From Deltaproteobacteria bacterium (GTDB taxonomy: Bacteria; Myxococcota_A; Polyangia; Polyangiales; Houyiibacteriaceae), in the NCBI GenBank assembly GCA_034670305.1, contig JAXMNT010000011.1:32001-96000 (forward strand): a stretch of 64,000 nt of DNA, written 5' to 3'. A model generated the notes under the pieces. That model had not been told where the DNA came from and did not search any database. It saw only the letters and a list, made by a program, of their open reading frames with translations. This document shows, one piece after another, positions 39,552 to 49,154 of the stretch. A program made the position numbers and the translations under genes. Numbering within the stretch: the stretch's first letter is position 1; every line of letters starts with the position of its first letter.

Positions 39552-40781
39552 GTGGCTCGGAAGTGCCCAGAGTGCTCCGCCGAATATGGCGACGACGTGT
39601 TCTTTTGTGGCATGGACGGCACGATCACGATCCAGATCCAGGATCCGACCGACTTCGATCCGCGCCTCGGAAAGAAGCTCGGGCAGTACATCGTGGCCGC
39701 CCGCGTCGCCGACGGCGCGATGGGCCGCGTGTACGAAGGTCGGCACCCTGAGACGAAGCAGCAGATCGCGATCAAAGTCCTCCACGAAGACGTGGCGAAG
39801 GACGAAGTCGCGGTCGAGCGCTTCAAACGCGAGTACGAGAGCGCCGAGGAACTCGACCACGGGGGCATCGTCAAGGTGCTCGAGTTCGGGGAGACGGACG
39901 ACGGTTCGTGGTTCCTCAACATGGAGTACCTGTCCGGGCGTGAGCTGACCAAGGCCATCGAAGAAGAAGGTGCGCTCCGACCCGCTCGGACGCTCCGCGT
40001 CTTCTGCCAGCTCGCCGAGGCGCTTGACCACGCGCACTCGTTCGGTTTCATCCACCGGGATCTGAAGCCCGACAACGTCTTCCTCGTGAACGCGGACGAA
40101 GGCGACGTGGTGCGCGTGTTGGACTTTGGTTCGGTGAAACTCCAGATGGAGGTTGGGCCCAAGCTCACCGCATTTGGAACGACCCTCGGCTCCCCGTATT
40201 ACATGTCGCCCGAGCAGGCGATGGGCAAACTCGACGTCGACCAGCGGACGGACGTCTTCGCGATCGCTGCGATCCTCTGGGAAATGGCCACCGGCCGGGT
40301 GGCGTTCGAGGGGGCGAACGTGGCGCAGATCCTGATGAAGATCGTGAACGAGGATCCGGCCCCGCCCAGCAGCTTCAACGCGGTGTACCCGAAGTCGTTC
40401 GACGACGTGGTCATCCGCGGCGTGCACAAAGACAAGACCAAGCGGCCGGCGTCCGCGGGAGAGCTCGCGGACCTGATCGTCGCGAGCTTCGGGCTCGACG
40501 GCGACCACAAACGCTGGGCCCAGACGACGCTGCCCGACATCGAACGCGCGCTGAGCACGACCGCGCCGCCGCCCCCTGCGGCGTACGGCCAGGAACCGAT
40601 CAAGCCGCCGATCGCGTCCACAAGCGAAGAGACGGGGCGGGTGACGCACGCGATGCCTCCCCCCTCGCAGGTGGAAGTCGCGCCTCAGGCGTCGGGTGGC
40701 AACAGCGGCATGCTGGTGGCGATCGCGGTGGCGGTCGCGGTGTTGGCGGCCGGCGTGGCCGCGTTCATCGCACTCGGCTGA
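39552..40781 (+). CDS. Ser/Thr protein kinase (N-terminal Cys knuckle, C-terminal TM)
   Basis: CPEC...FCGMDG; AIKVL, HRDLKPDN, DFG and YMSPEQ. Confidence 0.93.
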   Translation: MARKCPECSAEYGDDVFFCGMDGTITIQIQDPTDFDPRLGKKLGQYIVAARVADGAMGRVYEGRHPETKQQIAIKVLHEDVAKDEVAVERFKREYESAEELDHGGIVKVLEFGETDDGSWFLNMEYLSGRELTKAIEEEGALRPARTLRVFCQLAEALDHAHSFGFIHRDLKPDNVFLVNADEGDVVRVLDFGSVKLQMEVGPKLTAFGTTLGSPYYMSPEQAMGKLDVDQRTDVFAIAAILWEMATGRVAFEGANVAQILMKIVNEDPAPPSSFNAVYPKSFDDVVIRGVHKDKTKRPASAGELADLIVASFGLDGDHKRWAQTTLPDIERALSTTAPPPPAAYGQEPIKPPIASTSEETGRVTHAMPPPSQVEVAPQASGGNSGMLVAIAVAVAVLAAGVAAFIALG

Positions 40782-40815
40782 GCGCGCGCGGGACGGCGGA
40801 CCGAAGCGGGCGCTG

Positions 40816-41080
40816 CCTGCTGATTCTGTAGCTGTGGCTGCTCCTGATTCTGTGGCTGACGCTGCCGCTGATTCTGTGGCTGACCCTGCTGCTGATTCTG
40901 TTGCTGATTCTGTGGCTCACCCTGTTGCTGATTCTGTGGCTGATTCTGTGGCTGACTCTGAGACAGCGTCCGAATCCGAATCCGAAGCCGAAGCCGACGC
41001 CGACGCCGAAGCCGAAGCCGAAGCCGAAGCCGACGCCGAAGCCGAATCCGACGCCGAAGCCGACCGCCGAAGCCGACGCC
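40816..41080 (+). repeat. Degenerate (GCTGATTCTGTG)n array followed by (GCCGAA/GCCGAC)n
   Basis: Lies between convergent stops at 40781 and 41160. Confidence 0.93.
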
Positions 41081-41159
41081 GATCGCCGACCCCCGACCCC
41101 ACTCATCCTCTCCTTCGGATTCGGATTTGGCCGCTTCCGCTCTACCTCCCGCTCCCCGT

Positions 41160-43163
41160 CTACTGGCGGGTCGCGGGGGCGGTGGGGCGGGGTGGGGTGG
41201 TGAGGGAGGTGCCGCGGAGTTCGAAGATGCGGGTGGCGCGGGTGGGGTGGCGGGTGGGGGAGAGGCGGCTGGAGATGGAGACGGTCTCGGTGCGGCTCGT
41301 GGGGAGGCGGGTGGCGACTTCACCGCGGGTGCGTGCGCCGGCGTCGACGGCGCTGCGGATGAGGTGGAAGGCGTCGAAGGCGCCGGCAGCGTAGAGGTCG
41401 GGGGAGGACTGGTAGCGGGCGCGGTAGGTCTCCGCGAAGGAGCGGGCATAGGGGCTGCTCGATTCGCCGTTGTCTGCGGCGAGGAACGAGCGCGCGAAGA
41501 GGCTGCCTTGGAGGTAGCGGCCGGTGGTGCGGAGGAGGGCTTCGTCGTAGCCGACACTGGGAACGAGGAATCGAACGGCGCGCGCCCCACGCGGGACGGT
41601 GCCTCCGTTGGTGCTGAAGAGGCCGGCCGCGGTGAGTGCCGGGACCAGGGTCATCAGACTGCGGGAATGATCCGGGAGGACGAAGGCGTCGGCTTGGATC
41701 TGGGCAGCGCGTTGGGCGCTCTGCTGCAGCGCCGCCGGGTCGTACTCGACGGTGCCGGCGAACTCGAGACCGAGGTCTTCGCAATGTCCCCGAACGGCTG
41801 ACGTCATCGCTTGCCCGTAGGCATGGGTGGGCGCTACGACCGCGATGCGGCGCGCGCCTCGGTCGCGGGCAGCGGTCACCAGATCGAGCGCTTCGTCGTC
41901 CGCGGTGCCGAGCAGGCGGAAGACCATCGGGCCGGCGTCGACCACGCGGGGATCCGGAGAGAGCGCGAGCATCGGCACGCCGAGTTCCTGGGCGCGGCGG
42001 GCGGCGGCGAGGGAGGCATCGCGTCCCACCGGGCCGACGATGGCGACGACCTGGTGCAGGGTGACGAGGTCGTCGACCGCGCGCGCCGCCCGCTCGGGAT
42101 CGTCGCCGCTGTCGCGGAAGAAGATGCGGGGCGTGGTCGGGGTCGCGGGACCTTCGGACGGAAGCCCGGCCGCGAGCATCAACCCTTCGAGCGCGTGGCG
42201 GCCGACCTCCTGTCCGCGTCCGCTCAGCGGCAGGATGGCCCCCACCGCACGGAGATCGGTCTCGGTGGTGCGCTCGGCGCGAAGGGCCATGGTGCGAAGG
42301 TCGCCGTCGAGCGGGACGCGGTGTTCGCGCAGCGCGCTGGCCACGGTGCGCACCCGATCGAGGTTGGCGTTCTCGAATGCGTCGCGCAGCGCGCGGCGGC
42401 CGACGAGCGGCCAGGCGTGGCCGTCGCGATCGAGGCGGTCGAAGAGGACCTGAACGTCGTCGGTCTGCAGCTGCCGGATGAGTCCCTCGACTTGCGAGCG
42501 GGCGTCGTCGCGGTCCGACGTGGGCACGGCGGAGCGCACCAAGAGATCGAGCGCTTCGACCGCTGCAGGCCGGTCGCCGAGCCGGGCGTGGGCAGCGGCC
42601 AAGGTCTGCAGCAGGAGCGCGGTGTCGGCGGGAGAGACGGTGGTGCCGACCATGGGGCGCAAGAGCTCGAGCGCTTCGGCGCTCTCTCCGCGAAGTTGCA
42701 GCGCGACCCCGGAGTAGAAGCGTCCTCGCTCCGACACCCGGACGTCTTCATGCGCGGCCGCGGCTCGGAACTCCTGCAGGGCCGCGTCGGTCTCGCCGCG
42801 GGCCAGCAGCATGCGTCCGAGGCCGAGTCGGGCGACCGGGGCCAGCGCGTCGTTCGGATGCGTGGTGAGGAACCGTCGGAAGCCGGCCTCGGCGACGTCG
42901 TACTCCTGGTTGTCCATGGCCGCGCGCGCCTCCCGCATGTCGCGCTCTGCGTCCGCGTTGTCGGTGGTCAGGACGGGGAGGGTGGAGTCGGGCCCCCGCT
43001 TGGGGCAGCCGAGGAATGCGCACGCCCACAGGGCGATGACCAGCGGGGCAAAGACGCCGACGGGAGACGTTCGGAGAGGCACGAGGAGCGGTGTAGCACC
43101 GAGACGCTGAAACGGGGACCCGGGGGGCGCGGCCAGCGGCATGGAGAGGGGGAGGGCGATCAT
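41160..43163 (-). CDS. LpoA-like lipoprotein (TPR plus type I periplasmic-binding fold)
   Basis: AFLGC lipobox, TPR helices, VGAILPLSG, AIVGP and YG...AAGAFDA; start uncertain. Confidence 0.8.
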   Translation of the reverse strand: MIALPLSMPLAAPPGSPFQRLGATPLLVPLRTSPVGVFAPLVIALWACAFLGCPKRGPDSTLPVLTTDNADAERDMREARAAMDNQEYDVAEAGFRRFLTTHPNDALAPVARLGLGRMLLARGETDAALQEFRAAAAHEDVRVSERGRFYSGVALQLRGESAEALELLRPMVGTTVSPADTALLLQTLAAAHARLGDRPAAVEALDLLVRSAVPTSDRDDARSQVEGLIRQLQTDDVQVLFDRLDRDGHAWPLVGRRALRDAFENANLDRVRTVASALREHRVPLDGDLRTMALRAERTTETDLRAVGAILPLSGRGQEVGRHALEGLMLAAGLPSEGPATPTTPRIFFRDSGDDPERAARAVDDLVTLHQVVAIVGPVGRDASLAAARRAQELGVPMLALSPDPRVVDAGPMVFRLLGTADDEALDLVTAARDRGARRIAVVAPTHAYGQAMTSAVRGHCEDLGLEFAGTVEYDPAALQQSAQRAAQIQADAFVLPDHSRSLMTLVPALTAAGLFSTNGGTVPRGARAVRFLVPSVGYDEALLRTTGRYLQGSLFARSFLAADNGESSSPYARSFAETYRARYQSSPDLYAAGAFDAFHLIRSAVDAGARTRGEVATRLPTSRTETVSISSRLSPTRHPTRATRIFELRGTSLTTPPRPTAPATRQ

Positions 43164-43268
43164 GGGTGGTCGAGAACGGGCGTGCCATGGCAGCGCCTGC
43201 GCTCCAAGAAAAGGGGGCGGGAGTTTGAACGCACGACGGTGGAACGGCGGGCTGGCGGGTGTTCTTCC

Positions 43269-43532
43269 CGTGCCCCCGTGCCCGTGCCCGTGCCCGTGCC
43301 CGTGCCCGATTCTCCGAGGCCGAAGCCGAAGCCGATGCCGATGCCGAAGCCGATGCCGAAGCCGATGCCGATGCCGATGCCGAAGCCGAAGCCGAAGCCG
43401 AAATCCGAATCCGAATCCGAATCCGAAGCCGAAATCCGAAATCCGAATCCGAAGCCGACATCCGAATCCGAAGCCGACCGCCCCGACCGCTCAACCCAAG
43501 GGCAAGGGCAGGGGCAAGGGCAGGGGCAAGGG
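43269..43532 (+). repeat. Complete tripartite array (GTGCCC)6-(GCCGAN/ATCCGA)n-(GGGCAA/GGGGCA)n
   Basis: Arms at 43269-43307 and 43498-43532 are near reverse complements. Confidence 0.93.
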
Positions 43533-43557
43533 GACACTCGGGCCTTTGGCCCTCCTG

Positions 43558-45750
43558 TCAGCGCACGGTTAGAGAGAACTGTTCGCGGACGCCTCGGCGG
43601 TTGCCGGGGTAGCGCTGGGCGCGGATGAGGGGTTCGACGCAGCTGCGGATGTTCTGCGGCATGTTCAGGCTCGCGATGTTGCCTTCGTCGTCGAGCGCGA
43701 GCACGAGGCGGGCGGTGCGGACTTCGGCTTCGGCGAGGCAGGCGTGGATCTGCGCGCGGATGGGGGCGAGGACCCGTTCGATCATCGGGAGGGTGGCGCG
43801 CTCAGGGCGGTTGTCGCCCGCGACCTGGTCGCCGGTCGTCTCGCCTTCGGTCTCGCCTTCGCCTTCGCCTTCCGCCCCCGCCTCCGCGGCGGCTTCGGCT
43901 TCGGCACGCGCAACTTCGATCGCGGTGAGGGTCACTTGGACGCGGTCGCGCACCGCCCTGGGGGCGAGCTCATCGGTCCGCACCGCGCGCAGAAGCGCTT
44001 CGGCGTCTTCGTCGCCCAGCGCGACGAGCACGTCGCCCGCGGCGCCGATGGCCTGGACCATCGCGTCGCTTTGCGCTTCGGCGTGGTAGAGGCGGACGAA
44101 GTCTCGGAGCGGTTCGGTCGCCGCGGTCCCCTCCAACGCGCCGAGTGCGTCGATCACCAGCTTGAGATCCTCTTCGCTGGTCTGGGGGTCGCGCAGATGG
44201 GCGACGAGGTGCGGGACGGAGGCGGTGGCCCCCATCGAGACCGCGGCGCGTGTCAGCGGTCCGAGGGGACCGGCGGTGGTGCCCGTCAGGTAGCGGGTGT
44301 AGCGGCCGAGCGCGTCGACGACGTGCTGTTCACCGGTGGTCCGAGCGGCGAGCGAGGTGCACGCTTCGTTGCGGACGGCCGGCGGCGCGCTGCGGTCTTC
44401 GCACAGGGCGATGAGGTGTCCCGTGACGTCGTCGTCCTGGATGGCGCGCAGCATGTGGACCGCGAGAATGCGGGCCGGCACGAGACGCGAGTCCGTGCTC
44501 TGGGCCGCCGCGAGCAGCTGGTCGTGCAAGGTGTGCACTTCGCCCTCGGCGGCGCCGTTCGGTTCGAAGTCGCCGCCGCGAATGGTGACGACGAGGGGCT
44601 GGATGTCGGTCGAGGCGTGCCAGTGTCGGCGGCCGTCGACCGCGCTGACGAACCCGAAGTTGCCTTCGGCGTCCGCGACGATCAGGCCGCCGGGCTGCGC
44701 GCTCGCACCCACGATGTCGGCGTCGTGTTCGTACACCCACCGGACGTCGTCCTCGGTCGGGACCAGGCCAAAGATCAGTTTGTAGAAGGTGCCGTAGAGC
44801 ACGTCGCCCGCGAGGGAGACCTCCTCGCCCGATCCCGCCGGACGCCACGAGTAGCGGATGCGGTGCACAGCGCTCTCGGGTGTGGGCGGGGGCCGGTACG
44901 GGTCGACCACGAAGGTCGGGTTGCCGGGAATGTCCCGCAACTGCGGCTCGAAGTACGCGGCGCTCGAGGTGCTTCCACCCGCGATGCTGCTGGTCAGCCG
45001 GAACACGCCGCGCTGCGCGAAGTACACGTCGGCGCCTTCGCGGAAGGCGCGCCCCACGGCGCTGTCGGTGATGCGGATGCGGGCGAGTTCGTCGCCGCTG
45101 GCCGCGTCGAGCACGCTGACGTTCTGAGTGGCCCAAGGCACGAAGACGAGTCCCCCGACGACCGTCGGCGCGCCGAGCGCGAACTCGACTTCTTTCGTCC
45201 ACGCGATGCGGCCGCCGCGCGCGACGACGAGCTTGGAGCGGGCGCTGACGCCGCCGCCGGTGGAGAGTGCGAATGCCACGAGGTCGCCTTCGCCATCGGC
45301 GCCGACGAGGTGCAATCCAGCATCTCCGGTGGTGAACTGGGTGTCGCCGGAGCGGGTGCTGCGGCCCACGATGCCGGCCGACTCATGGGTGAGCACGGTG
45401 CCGCCCGCGAGGAGGGGCGCCGCGACGATCGAGCCCTGCAGGGTCTTGCGCCAGCGGACGCTGCCACCGTTCAGGTCGACGGCGTACAGGGTGTGCGGGG
45501 ACGCGGTGACGCCTACAGCAAGCGGTTCGTCCTGGCGGGCGGGCGCTGCATGCACGCGGGCGAGCACCGCGTCGATGTCGGTCGATCGGTTGTCGGGGAA
45601 GGTGGGCCGGAACGCAGAACCCGAACCGCCGCCACAGGCGCTGGCGATCATGGCCACCGCGCACAGTGCTGCGGTTCCCACAGACGGCAACGTGGTCCAG
45701 AGGTGGGCGGGGGAATCGTTCATGGTCTGGGTGTTCTGTGCGTGCGTCAT
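43558..45750 (-). CDS. PQQ-like beta-propeller lipoprotein with C-terminal HEAT-like repeats
   Basis: IASAC lipobox; LYAVDLNGGSVRW and VLDAASGDE blades; helical C-terminal half. Confidence 0.8.
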   Translation of the reverse strand: MTHAQNTQTMNDSPAHLWTTLPSVGTAALCAVAMIASACGGGSGSAFRPTFPDNRSTDIDAVLARVHAAPARQDEPLAVGVTASPHTLYAVDLNGGSVRWRKTLQGSIVAAPLLAGGTVLTHESAGIVGRSTRSGDTQFTTGDAGLHLVGADGEGDLVAFALSTGGGVSARSKLVVARGGRIAWTKEVEFALGAPTVVGGLVFVPWATQNVSVLDAASGDELARIRITDSAVGRAFREGADVYFAQRGVFRLTSSIAGGSTSSAAYFEPQLRDIPGNPTFVVDPYRPPPTPESAVHRIRYSWRPAGSGEEVSLAGDVLYGTFYKLIFGLVPTEDDVRWVYEHDADIVGASAQPGGLIVADAEGNFGFVSAVDGRRHWHASTDIQPLVVTIRGGDFEPNGAAEGEVHTLHDQLLAAAQSTDSRLVPARILAVHMLRAIQDDDVTGHLIALCEDRSAPPAVRNEACTSLAARTTGEQHVVDALGRYTRYLTGTTAGPLGPLTRAAVSMGATASVPHLVAHLRDPQTSEEDLKLVIDALGALEGTAATEPLRDFVRLYHAEAQSDAMVQAIGAAGDVLVALGDEDAEALLRAVRTDELAPRAVRDRVQVTLTAIEVARAEAEAAAEAGAEGEGEGETEGETTGDQVAGDNRPERATLPMIERVLAPIRAQIHACLAEAEVRTARLVLALDDEGNIASLNMPQNIRSCVEPLIRAQRYPGNRRGVREQFSLTVR

Positions 45751-45751
45751 G

Positions 45752-46540
45752 TCAGCCCCCCGTGATCCGGCCGGCGGCGGCGCGTGCTTCGTTTTGGATC
45801 GCGCCGGCCGGCAAGGCTTCCGCGAGGCTCTCGAGGTAGGTGCGCACCTCGGGGGTGGCCAGCTCTTCCAGTTTGCCGAGGACCCGCAGTTTGACCCGGG
45901 CCGCGATGTCCGTGCGCGCGAGGATCTCGTCGAGTCCAGGTGTGATCGCATCCAGCGGCTTGCGGCCGAGGTAGGCCAACAATCGGTCTGCGCCAGCGGC
46001 GTCGGCGAGCTGGCCGATCGCAGGGGAGGCTTCGTTCAAACCTCGGTCGAACGCGAGGAACAGGTCGTCGAGCTGAGCAGCGGTTCCGACGGTGCCGAGT
46101 GCGATGGCAGCCGTCGCCCGCACTTGGGGATCGCCATCGGACAGCAGCGTGACGAGGCTCGCTGCCGCACCACGGGGCCGGCACGATCCGATCGCTTCCG
46201 TTGCGGCGACGCGGACTTCGACACGACGGTGGTTCGTCAGCTCGAAGAGCACGGGGCCCGCCTCTGGGCGTCCGAGCACGCCGAGCGTCTGGATCGCCAT
46301 GTCCAGCAACTCCGGGGGCAGCCCGCGACGGATCCGGGCGCTCAACGGCGCCACCGCACGCGCGGTGCCGTTGGTCCCGAGCGCTTCGATGCCGAGCTGG
46401 ACGGTGTCCGAGTCGGACGCGTCCAACATCTCCACCGCTTCGTTCAGCCGCACTTGCGCATCGGCCGTGCCAGCACTCAAAAGCCCCAGAAACGCGCCCA
46501 GCGCGACGACAACCGTCCACCCTCCAAGGCGCGCGTTCAT
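45752..46540 (-). CDS. Secreted HEAT-repeat protein
   Basis: Signal peptide ending ADA; VRVAATEAIG and VRATAAIALG repeats. Confidence 0.82.
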   Translation of the reverse strand: MNARLGGWTVVVALGAFLGLLSAGTADAQVRLNEAVEMLDASDSDTVQLGIEALGTNGTARAVAPLSARIRRGLPPELLDMAIQTLGVLGRPEAGPVLFELTNHRRVEVRVAATEAIGSCRPRGAAASLVTLLSDGDPQVRATAAIALGTVGTAAQLDDLFLAFDRGLNEASPAIGQLADAAGADRLLAYLGRKPLDAITPGLDEILARTDIAARVKLRVLGKLEELATPEVRTYLESLAEALPAGAIQNEARAAAGRITGG

Positions 46541-46673
46541 TCCCCCACTCGATCCCATGGAACTCTCCGTTCAAAGCGCGACGACGCGCTCAGAGGCCGG
46601 ACTTATCGCGTGCGGCGCTCGGTTTCAATGCCAGTGGTCGAAACGGCCCGCGCCGGGTAGCGTCCCCCCTCCC

Positions 46674-47438
46674 GTGCTCACGACCGCAGATCCCACCTCG
46701 CTCCCAGAACGTGCGCCCGCTTCCGCTTCGGACTCGCCTTCGGCCTCGGCGTCGGATTCGGCTTCGGCGTCGGCTTCGGCTTCGGCTTCGGCTTCGGCGT
46801 CGGCGTCGGCTTCGGCTTCGGCGTCGGATTCGGCTTCGGCGTCGGCGTCGGCGTCGGCTTCGGCTTCGGCTTCGGCGTCGGCGTCGGATTCGGCTTCGGC
46901 TTCGGCTTCGGATTCGGCGTCGGATTCGGCGTCGGCGTCGCCCTCGGCTGCCTCCAAACGCCAACCGGCCCTCCTCGCCCTCGCCATCCTCCTCGTCTCC
47001 ACCTCCCCGGTCCCCACCTTGTCCCAGACCGCCGACGGCGAGGTGCAGGCGGCCCTGGAGGCAGCCCGCGCCGAGCCGATGGAGCTGTCCCGGGTGGTCC
47101 GGGCCCACGCAGACGCCGTCGAGCGGCTGCTCGCGGAGTCTCCCCCGTCGATCGCCGCGGTACGGGCGTCGGCCTACCTCGAAGCGCCGAGCCGGCACCT
47201 CGCGCGGTTGGCGGAAGTCGCGGCTTCGGACGATCCCGAACGGGCACCGGTCGCCGCGTTGGCCGCGTGGCGCATCGCCCGCAACCTCACCGCGGAAGCG
47301 CTGAGCGCGGAGGAGCTGTCGCTTCCCGATGCCGCCCCCTTCGATGCGCTCGCCCAAGACGAACTCGCCCGCCCGGACATCCGCAGGCTCGCCGCCCTGG
47401 TCACGGCCCAAATCGCCTCACTGCGTTCCCCGGGCTGA
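46674..47438 (+). CDS. Hypothetical secreted helical protein with an in-frame (SA)n repeat before its signal peptide
   Basis: [17 protein letters not shown] signal-like segment right after the array; in-frame starts (GTG 46674, ATG 46557) lie upstream of the array. Confidence 0.5.
   Translation: MLTTADPTSLPERAPASASDSPSASASDSASASASASASASASASASASASDSASASASASASASASASASDSASASASDSASDSASASPSAASKRQPALLALAILLVSTSPVPTLSQTADGEVQAALEAARAEPMELSRVVRAHADAVERLLAESPPSIAAVRASAYLEAPSRHLARLAEVAASDDPERAPVAALAAWRIARNLTAEALSAEELSLPDAAPFDALAQDELARPDIRRLAALVTAQIASLRSPG
46718..46946 (-). repeat. (GCCGAN)n array, minus orientation
   Basis: TCGGCT/TCGGCG/TCGGAT units on +. Confidence 0.95.
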
Positions 47439-47516
47439 CGCCTGCCTTTCCCCCTCGTACACCGACCGATTCCCGATCCCGGTGGGGAGGGCAGGGCCGT
47501 GGTATCGTGACGCACG

Positions 47517-49154
47517 ATGTGGCGCTGGACGATGGTGTGTGTGTTGGGTTGCTCGGGGGTCATCGCCGACCCGCCCGTCGACCCGCCGGACGATCCCCCG
47601 CTCCCCAGCGGTGAGGTGCTGACGCCGAACGGGATCACCCGATTGTCCGCCCTCGAATACGATCGCAGCGTGGCGATCCTCATCGGGGACGACGCCCGAG
47701 CAGCCCGCGCGCTGCTCCCCGAGGACGCCCGCACCCCCTTCGACAACGACTACGAGACCCAGGACCCGTCGCAGGCCCTGGTCGAAGGCGAAGAGTTGCT
47801 GGCGGTTGAAGCCGCCGAGCGGTTGCTCGAGGACACGCCGCGTCGGGACGAGGTCGTGGGTTGCACGCCCACCGGTGTGGACGACGCCACTTGCATGCGG
47901 AGTTTCGCCCGCCGACTGGTGCGCAACGCGTTCCGCCGCGAAGCCACCGACGAAGACGTCGCGTTCCTCGTGGATGGGGAAGGTCCGGAGCTCGGCCAGT
48001 GGCCCGGGGCCATGCGCATGGCCGCGACGTTCGACGACTTCTACGAAGGCGTCAGCGGCATCGTTCAAGTCGTGCTGATGGATCCCGAGTTCCTCTACCG
48101 GGTGGAGGTCGGCACGCCGGACCCCGACACGGCGAACGTCTACCGACTCAACGACTACGAGATTGCGACCCGGCTGGCGTTCTTCCTGTGGGGCGCGATC
48201 CCCGACGAAGCGCTGCTCGACCGGGCCCAGGCCGGCGGGCTTCAAGATCCCGAGGCGCGCGCCACCGAAGCGATGCGCATGCTCGACCAGCCGCTCGCAC
48301 GGGAACGTTTCGTGCTCTTCCACGCGATGTGGCTCGGCTACGAGAAGTTGCTGGCCGGCGACGAGCTCGGCACCGCGATGCGGGCCGAGACCCGAATGCT
48401 CATGGAGCAAGTGCTCTTCGAAGAAGCCGGCCCCTGGCAAGATCTGTTCACCTACGACCGCACCCACGTGAACGCGCTCCTGGCCGAGAACTACGGACTG
48501 CCGGTGCCGGCGGGCGAAGAGGGCGGCTGGGTCGCGTACGACATGGACGAACGCCGCGGCCTCTTCTCGCACGGCAGCTTTCTGGCGCACGGCGCGCGCA
48601 ACGGCGACACGAGCCCAGTGTTCCGTGGACTCGCGGTTCAGACCCGCGCGTTCTGCCGCACCATTCCGCCGCCGCCTCCGGGGGTGAACACGGACGAAGG
48701 GCCGCAGTCCGAAGCGCTCTGCAAACCCGAACGCTACAGCGCCCACTCCGGTGGCCGGTGCGCGGATTGCCATCAGCACATCGACGGTGTCGGGTTCGGC
48801 CTGGAGAACTTCGACGCGACGGGCGCGTTCCGGACCCACGAGTCCGACAACCCGGAGACGGAGGGCGACGAGTCGACGTGCGCGATCGATGGCGAGGGCT
48901 ACCTGCAGGATGTCGGCAGTTTCCGCGGTCCGGCGGGTCTCGCGGCACTGGGGCTCGAGTCCGGCGCGCTGCGCCACTGCTTCGTGAACCACGTGCACCG
49001 CCTCGTGGTGGGCCGCGGCGATGTGCGGCGCGTCGACGCGGAAGCGATCGTACAGCTCGAGGCGCGGTTGCCCGAGGGTGAGTTCACCTTGAGCGACGTC
49101 GTGCGTGCGGTCGTCACCAGCGAAGGCTTCGGCCTCCGCAGAGAGGACCTCTAG
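47517..49154 (+). CDS. DUF1592/DUF1588/DUF1595-type protein with CxxCH
   Basis: RLSALEY, PEFLYRVE, YEIATRLAFFLW, TSPVFRG, IPPPP and CADCH...GFGLENFDATG. Confidence 0.9.
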   Translation: MWRWTMVCVLGCSGVIADPPVDPPDDPPLPSGEVLTPNGITRLSALEYDRSVAILIGDDARAARALLPEDARTPFDNDYETQDPSQALVEGEELLAVEAAERLLEDTPRRDEVVGCTPTGVDDATCMRSFARRLVRNAFRREATDEDVAFLVDGEGPELGQWPGAMRMAATFDDFYEGVSGIVQVVLMDPEFLYRVEVGTPDPDTANVYRLNDYEIATRLAFFLWGAIPDEALLDRAQAGGLQDPEARATEAMRMLDQPLARERFVLFHAMWLGYEKLLAGDELGTAMRAETRMLMEQVLFEEAGPWQDLFTYDRTHVNALLAENYGLPVPAGEEGGWVAYDMDERRGLFSHGSFLAHGARNGDTSPVFRGLAVQTRAFCRTIPPPPPGVNTDEGPQSEALCKPERYSAHSGGRCADCHQHIDGVGFGLENFDATGAFRTHESDNPETEGDESTCAIDGEGYLQDVGSFRGPAGLAALGLESGALRHCFVNHVHRLVVGRGDVRRVDAEAIVQLEARLPEGEFTLSDVVRAVVTSEGFGLRREDL

